NCBI RefSeq assembly: GCF_000175255.2
Contig: NC_017262.1
Coordinates: forward strand, 1,530,001-1,562,000
Source of the DNA: Zymomonas mobilis subsp. mobilis ATCC 10988
GTDB lineage: Bacteria > Pseudomonadota > Alphaproteobacteria > Sphingomonadales > Sphingomonadaceae
Reading direction: 5' to 3'
DNA: 32,000 nucleotides
A model generated the notes under the pieces. It did not search any database, was not told the origin of the DNA, and saw only the letters and a list, made by a program, of their open reading frames with translations. A program made the position numbers and the translations under genes. Positions 28,043-32,000 of this stretch are shown here, piece after piece. Position 1 is the stretch's first letter. Each line of letters begins with the position of its first letter.

Positions 28043-29749
28043 CTAGTTCTGCTGATCGCGAGCCTTGTTGAGGGCTGCACCAAGAATGTCACCCAAGGAA
28101 GCGCCAGAATCTGACGAACCATACTGAGCAACTGCTTCTTTTTCTTCTGCAACCTGCATTGCTTTGATGGAGAAGTTCGGCTTCTTCTGACGATCGAAAC
28201 CGATCACCATAGCATCGAGCTTCTGACCAGCCTGGAAGCGATCCGGACGCTGTTCGTCACGATCACGACCCAAGTCGCTGCGACGGATGAAGCCGATGGC
28301 ACCATCATCACCAGCCTGAACTTCCAAACCACCATCGGTGACAGCAAGAACGGTAACGGTGACAACCTGATTGCGCTGTAAAGAGCTACCTGCGTTGGCG
28401 GCGGGGACGTTACCACGTTCCAGCTGCTTCATACCAAGCGAGATGCGTTCTTTTTCAGGATCAACATCAAGAACGACAGCTTTAACAACTTCACCTTTGT
28501 GGTGGAGGCTCAAAGCTTCTTCACCGGACATACCCCAAGCGATGTCGGACATGTGAACCATACCATCAACATCATTGTCGAGACCGATGAACAGACCGAA
28601 TTCGGTGGAGTTCTTGACTTCGCCTTCAACGGTGGAGCCAACCGGATGAGCTTCGGCGAAGCTTTCCCACGGATTCGGCTGAGCCTGTTTCAGACCAAGG
28701 GAGATACGACGTTTTTCAGCATCGACTTCCAAAATGACAACTTCGACTTCCTGACTGGTGGAAACGATTTTGCCCGGATGAACGTTTTTCTTCGTCCATG
28801 ACATTTCGGAAACGTGAACCAGACCTTCGATGCCGGGTTCAAGTTCAACGAAAGCACCATATTCGGTGATATTCGTGACGCGACCCATGAATTTGGCACC
28901 GACCGGATATTTGGCACCAACGCCTTCCCACGGATCGGTTTCAAGCTGCTTCATGCCCAGCGAAATACGCTGTGTATCGCGGTTGATGCGGATGATCTGA
29001 ACCGTGACGCTGTCACCGATAGCGATCATTTCGCTCGGATGACCAACGCGACGATAGCTGAGGTCGGTTACATGCAACAGACCATCAATGCCGCCGAGAT
29101 CAACAAAGGCACCGTAGTCGGTGATGTTTTTGACAACACCGGTGATAACCTGACCTTCAGCCAAGGACTGGATCAGACCGGAACGCTGTTCTGCGCGGGT
29201 TTCTTCCAGAACGGCACGGCGGGATACCACGATATTCCCACGACGACGATCCATCTTTAAAATCTGGAAAGGCTGCGGAATGTCCATCAGAGGAGCAACA
29301 TCGCGTACCGGACGGATGTCAACCTGACTGCCGGGCAAGAAGGCAACTGCGCCGGAAAGGTCAACGGTAAATCCGCCTTTAACCCGTCCGAAGATAACGC
29401 CTTCAACGCGGCTGGAGTTAGCAAATTCAGCTTCCAGTTTATCCCATGCCGCTTCACGACGAGCGCGGTCACGGGAAAGCATTGCTTCACCCTGACTGTT
29501 TTCAACGCGGTCAACGAAAACTTCGACTTCGTCGCCGGCTTTCAATTCGGCTTTCTGACCGGGGGCTGCGAATTCGCGCAGCGGCACGCGGCCTTCAGAT
29601 TTCAGACCAACATCAATAACAGCCATGTCATTTTCAATAGCTGTGATGGTGCCTTTTACAACGCGTCCTTCAAAGCCTTCTTCTTCACCAAGCGTCTGGT
29701 TAAGCAATGCTGCAAAATCATCGCGAGTAGGATTTGCCATAGTGGCCAT
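28043..29749 (-). CDS. rpsA: 30S ribosomal protein S1
   Basis: 568 aa with repeated S1 domains (VVKNITDYGAFVDLGGIDGLLHVTDLSYRRVGHPSE; VTNITEYGAFVELEPGIEGLVHVSEMSW...). Confidence 0.97.
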   Translation of the reverse strand: MATMANPTRDDFAALLNQTLGEEEGFEGRVVKGTITAIENDMAVIDVGLKSEGRVPLREFAAPGQKAELKAGDEVEVFVDRVENSQGEAMLSRDRARREAAWDKLEAEFANSSRVEGVIFGRVKGGFTVDLSGAVAFLPGSQVDIRPVRDVAPLMDIPQPFQILKMDRRRGNIVVSRRAVLEETRAEQRSGLIQSLAEGQVITGVVKNITDYGAFVDLGGIDGLLHVTDLSYRRVGHPSEMIAIGDSVTVQIIRINRDTQRISLGMKQLETDPWEGVGAKYPVGAKFMGRVTNITEYGAFVELEPGIEGLVHVSEMSWTKKNVHPGKIVSTSQEVEVVILEVDAEKRRISLGLKQAQPNPWESFAEAHPVGSTVEGEVKNSTEFGLFIGLDNDVDGMVHMSDIAWGMSGEEALSLHHKGEVVKAVVLDVDPEKERISLGMKQLERGNVPAANAGSSLQRNQVVTVTVLAVTDGGLEVQAGDDGAIGFIRRSDLGRDRDEQRPDRFQAGQKLDAMVIGFDRQKKPNFSIKAMQVAEEKEAVAQYGSSDSGASLGDILGAALNKARDQQN

Positions 29750-30015
29750 GCAGTTCTATATTCCTTGAGAAATTTTTCCGGCCATCCGGTTGTATCCGGA
29801 GGTCTTTTGGCCGAACCGCTATACAGGCCTCATACCTTGTATAGCATCGTTCATACAGCTTGCCTTAATAAGGCAACGATTGCAGATTTCAGGGTTACTC
29901 TAGTTCAAAAACCGACGGAAATAACGGTCAGCCTTTGACGCTTTCCAATAACCGCAGCATAAAACACGGCCAGCCCCGATCTTGATTCCGGCAAAAAATG
30001 ATTGCCGTTTTTCGA

Positions 30016-30648
30016 TCAGCCCTGCACCGTTTTTAGCTGTTTTTCTACAAGCGCCACTGCACGCTCGATGGCCATATCTATACCGAGTAAGCTTGAATCG
30101 AGCAAGTCCGCATCTTCAGCCTGTTTCAGCGGCGCTTCTTTTCGGCTACTATCCCGAAGATCGCGGCTTTTGATATCTTCCAGAATGATATCATAGGTTA
30201 AATCCGGATTATTTTTTACTAATTCGTCATAGCGTCTTTTTGCCCTAATTTCGGGCGATGCCGTGATAAATAGTTTGACATCCGCATCAGGAACAATGAC
30301 CGTTCCGATGTCCCGTCCATCAAGAACCGCGCCACCTGTTTGAGCCGCAAAATCGCGCTGTCTTTTAATTAAAGCCTGCCTGACTTTTGGAAAGACAGAG
30401 ATTTCTGAAGCCAGTTTTCCAGTTTGTTCACTGCGGAGTCGGGAATCAGACAACAGCGAGTCCGCAAAATCACAGGCAGACAGAGCATCAGATTCACGGC
30501 TGGAATCGCCTTGGTTATCCAAGAGTGAGACGGCAACCGCGCGATAAAGCAAACCGGTATCGAGATAGGGAAGGGCATAATGCCGTGCCAAAGCGCGGGC
30601 AACGGTGCCTTTCCCAGAAGCGGCAGGTCCATCTATCGCAATAATCAT
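30016..30648 (-). CDS. cmk: Cytidylate kinase
   Basis: MIIAIDGPAASGKGTVARALARHYALPYLDTGLLYRA, LDGRDIGTVI and RDLRDSSRKEAPLK motifs. Confidence 0.96.
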   Translation of the reverse strand: MIIAIDGPAASGKGTVARALARHYALPYLDTGLLYRAVAVSLLDNQGDSSRESDALSACDFADSLLSDSRLRSEQTGKLASEISVFPKVRQALIKRQRDFAAQTGGAVLDGRDIGTVIVPDADVKLFITASPEIRAKRRYDELVKNNPDLTYDIILEDIKSRDLRDSSRKEAPLKQAEDADLLDSSLLGIDMAIERAVALVEKQLKTVQG

Positions 30649-32000
30649 TTTACAAGCCCCATTTCGAATTCAGCGCCCAATTCTTTGAATAGCTGACCAA
30701 AGACCGGAAAACTGGTCATGATCGGACGGCGATCATCGATCGTGACCCCACCTTCGGAAACAAGACCGGCTACCGCAAAACTCATGGCAATCCGATGATC
30801 GAGATGTGCAGCGATGGATACCATTTTGCCTTTTTGACCAAGGCCTTCACCCGCTGAGCCTTCGATAATCAGGCCGTCTTCTTTTTCTTCCAAAGAAACG
30901 CCCAAGGCTTTTAGACCTTCTGCCATCACGGCAATACGGTCAGATTCTTTGACCCGTAATTCAGCGAGACCTTGCAGCGTGCTTTTACCTTCTGCCATGG
31001 CAGCGGCGATAAACAGAATGGGGAATTCATCAATCATCGACGGCACAATCGAAGGCGGCACGTCGATAGCCTTTAAATGAGAATATTTAACCGAAAGATC
31101 AGCAACAGGTTCACCGCCAACTTCTCGTGGATTGAGATATTCGATTTGACCGCCCATGGCTTTTAACATGGTATAGAGACCAGAACGGGTCGGGTTAAGG
31201 CCAACATTTTCAACAATCAGATCAGACCCCGGAACAATAAGTCCCGCTACGACCAGAAAAGCCGCTGAGGAGGGGTCACCCGGCACTATAATATGCTGTG
31301 GTTTTAACTCGGCTTCGCCATGGATAGAGATAATCCTGACACCGTCATTTTCTTCGACCGAAAGATTGGCACCATAGCCTTTTAACATCCGTTCGCTATG
31401 GTCACGAGTCGGCACGGGTTCAATAACGCGGGTGATGCCCGGCGTATTCAAACCTGCCAGTAATATTGCTGATTTCACCTGTGCAGATGCAACCGGTAGG
31501 CGATATTCAATCGGGATCGCCGGATAAAGGCCGGTAACCGTCATCGGCAAGCGATTGCCTTCTGCCGCTGAAAAACGCGCCCCCATCAGAGAAAGCGGGG
31601 TTGAAATACGTCCCATTGGTCTTTTGGATAAAGAAGCATCCCCGATAAAGGTCGCCGTAATGGGATGGGAAGCGACAACTCCCATCAATAAACGGGTAGA
31701 GGTACCTGAATTACCCATATCCAAAGCCTTCTGCGGCTGTAAAAGACTTCCGACACCGACACCATGAATATGCCAGCATCCTTTTTCATCTTTTCGAATA
31801 TCCGCGCCCATAGAACGCATCGCTTCGGCTGTTGCCAGAACGTCTTCGCCTTCCAACAGGCCTTCTACAAAACTTTCACCAACCGCCAAGGCAGACAGCA
31901 TCAACGCCCGATGGGAAATTGATTTGTCACCAGGGACATGCACCTTGCCGGAAAGCGGCGGAGCCTTGCGACTAACAAGCGGGCAAGCGTGAACAGGACG
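30645..32000 (-). CDS. aroA: 3-phosphoshikimate 1-carboxyvinyltransferase, partial (start off the right edge)
   Basis: VPGDKSISHRALMLSALAVGES, LDMGNSGTSTRLLMG, HRIAMSFAVAGL. The frame stays open past the ORF-track GTG start to the window edge (RPVHACPLVSRKAPPLSGK), so 31943 is not the real start. Confidence 0.95.
   Translation of the reverse strand, partial: RPVHACPLVSRKAPPLSGKVHVPGDKSISHRALMLSALAVGESFVEGLLEGEDVLATAEAMRSMGADIRKDEKGCWHIHGVGVGSLLQPQKALDMGNSGTSTRLLMGVVASHPITATFIGDASLSKRPMGRISTPLSLMGARFSAAEGNRLPMTVTGLYPAIPIEYRLPVASAQVKSAILLAGLNTPGITRVIEPVPTRDHSERMLKGYGANLSVEENDGVRIISIHGEAELKPQHIIVPGDPSSAAFLVVAGLIVPGSDLIVENVGLNPTRSGLYTMLKAMGGQIEYLNPREVGGEPVADLSVKYSHLKAIDVPPSIVPSMIDEFPILFIAAAMAEGKSTLQGLAELRVKESDRIAVMAEGLKALGVSLEEKEDGLIIEGSAGEGLGQKGKMVSIAAHLDHRIAMSFAVAGLVSEGGVTIDDRRPIMTSFPVFGQLFKELGAEFEMGLVK

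Noticed and set aside
28814-29260. 148-aa plus-strand ORF
   Set aside because: Antisense to rpsA; highly biased coding DNA often produces such shadows.

Overview
The window carries part of an alphaproteobacterial nitrogen-fixation island, followed by housekeeping genes. The content resembles Zymomonas mobilis, but that is inferred from gene content only. From left to right: nifK (partial), nifD and nifH on the minus strand; a TonB-dependent receptor on the plus strand; nifB-fdxN-nifZ-nifT and a SIR2-like gene on the minus strand; an 843-bp IS5-family element; nifA (minus); a second TonB receptor (plus); the rnfABCDGE-rnfH-like operon (plus); a third TonB receptor (minus); a maltose O-acetyltransferase-like gene; a HAD phosphatase; an APC permease (minus); a tRNA-Leu(UAA) gene split by an apparent group I intron (minus); ihfB (minus); a PhzF-family gene (plus); and rpsA, cmk and aroA (minus, aroA running off the window). 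Main observations: (1) the IS sits inside the NifA helix-turn-helix codons with a CTAG target duplication, and the severed 3' end of nifA (GMTPRQIGYALR..KNGISIKKF) is recognisable beyond it with an additional apparent 2-bp lesion; (2) a 216-nt group I intron of cyanobacterial tRNA-Leu(UAA) style lies in the anticodon loop; (3) three matched NifA-box (TGT-N10-ACA) plus sigma54 (-24/-12) promoters precede nifH, nifB and rnfA, tying rnf to the nif regulon; (4) the transposase is probably intact through a -1 frameshift that the ORF track misses; (5) three TonB receptors are interleaved with nif/rnf genes, two with Fur-like sites. No clearly undescribed multi-gene system was found; the SIR2-like protein at the end of the nifB operon is the least understood coding component.
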